DNA from: Octopus bimaculoides
Taxonomy: Eukaryota
Direction of reading: 5' to 3'
Assembly (NCBI RefSeq): GCF_001194135.2
Contig: NC_068990.1
Location: 47,819,895-47,883,894 of the forward strand
Length of the DNA: 64,000 nucleotides
In this document: piece after piece, positions 62,735 to 64,000 of the stretch
How the letters are laid out: each line of letters begins with the position of its first letter
Numbering within the stretch: the first letter of the stretch is position 1
Notes under the pieces: generated by a model
Databases searched by the model: none
The model's input: only the letters and a program-made list of their open reading frames with translations
Told to the model about the DNA's origin: nothing
Made by a program: the position numbers and the translations under genes

Positions 62735-64000
62735 ATGTTTGGTTTTTGCTTTGTATTAATACAGGTTGACTCCAAGTCTCACCCAGATACCTGAAGAGAC
62801 AAATTAAAAGTTCAACTTGGTGTCATGACTAGAGTGTCATATACCTGGTTTTGTACAGAGTATTGTTCTAGAGAATGTCTATAAGAACATAAGAAAATTA
62901 GAAGTTCGTTTTAAAAGTAATTTGGTGATAAGATGATAGTATCATCTTAGAATGACAGTAAAAGTCGTTTGCTATTCTGTACATTTAAATACTTTTGACA
63001 ATGTTTTTGGAAATACATAGACAATATTTTTCATAGAATATGAGCAGTTCCCATGAGCATCATATTTTTAATTCCTTCCATTTTTGGATTTCCTGATATC
63101 TGAGACAGGTAACAACCAACCCCTTTTGCTATCATTCCTAGGACACCTATGACAACAGGTATTGTTTTAGTCTTTTTTGCCAGTTTCTATTTCAAGGTTT
63201 TTATATTTACTCAGTTTTTAGTAGGTCTTGACAGATACATTTATGTCAATTGGGATAGTCATATCAATAAGGGAGTATGATTTTTGTCTGAAATCCTTCA
63301 ATATATTTAATGTCTGGTCTATTTGCATCTATCTTTCTGTCATTCTGAACAGTAAAGTTCCAAAGGAGGAGTGAGATGTGCTCATTTTCAAGCATTGGAG
63401 GTGGTTTGTGTTCCCACCAGTTTTTATCATGTGGAAGCTTCAGGTCTTTGCAAATTATCCACTGAATATACTGTGCCGCTCTATCATGCCTGTTGAAATA
63501 ATCTTTAGGCACAAGAATGCTACACATGGAGACAACATGATCCATGATTTCAGTCTGTTGTTTACATACATGAAATGTTGGGCTACTACCATTCTTTAAG
63601 ATGTTGATCTGGTAGCTTCTTGTAGATAGGCATTCATTCTGTGTTGCTATGATAAACCGTTCTATCTCTGATTTTAACCCAGAGGACTCTAACCATTGAT
63701 GGGTAAGGGCTTTGTCAACACAAGCCTTATTAGGTCTCCTTGGGTATTTGCAATTGAAGTTTTTTCTTGCCATTTATCAGCAAGAATATCTAAGGCAGCA
63801 GTTTTAACAAGAGTCATTCTCTTAGCTTTTTCTGTGCTTGTTTCAAGTATGTTTAATTCTGGGAGTTGCTGTATTTGGAACTCATTTAGATATTACCTTA
63901 CCTATTTTGTTATTGAGTATGAGGTTTTCTTTTCATGTTTTAAGAGAAGTTTTAGCATCCAATCATCAGAATTTTTTACATAAGTGTTTAGGCCAATTGT
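62735..64000 (-). mobile_element. R4/Dong-type LINE 3' part (runs off window)
   Basis: CSILVPKDYFNRHD..NRPDI; 3'UTR homologous to 57098-57300; flanked by (ATC)n/(ATT)n. Confidence 0.85.

Noticed and set aside
50872-64000. Fifth coding exon of SLC22 paralog B
   Set aside because: No phase-1 exon with the expected E..G...R start was found in the non-TE islands; presumably beyond the window or in a gap.

Overview
Eukaryotic, AT-rich, microsatellite-rich and gapped scaffold. The SINE/LINE repertoire looks cephalopod (Octopus-like); this is an inference from recognising the repeats, not a database result. The only host genes I can support are two divergently oriented SLC22-family (organic cation transporter-like, MFS) paralogs. 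One has its first coding exon on the minus strand (2273-2415) and leaves the window to the left. The other has four coding exons on the plus strand (25429-25571, 39758-39932, 49761-49864, 50717-50871), and I found no further exon in the window. Its first intron holds a decayed copy of its own third coding exon. Nearly everything else is decayed transposable element. Between the two genes (5.3-20.8 kb) lies a dense head-to-tail array of Tx1/L1-clade retroelements, most of them ORF1-only ('half-Tx1'). All are + on the left and all are - on the right. Also present: hAT/Buster with a nested MITE, two Penelope-like elements (one foldback; one with a hammerhead ribozyme fold and a long Ser/Asn insertion inside the GIY-YIG domain), RTE LINEs with a PHD-like finger, CR1, Gypsy integrase plus LTR, mariner, a DD41D-like Tc1/mariner, Helentron-associated repeats, tRNA-type SINEs, and an (AAT)n-associated cluster of R4/Dong-type LINEs (51-64 kb). 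No rRNA, true tRNA, CRISPR or prokaryotic features were seen. All TE ORFs are broken by stops or frameshifts. Element boundaries are approximate unless a TSD, TIR or splice site is quoted.
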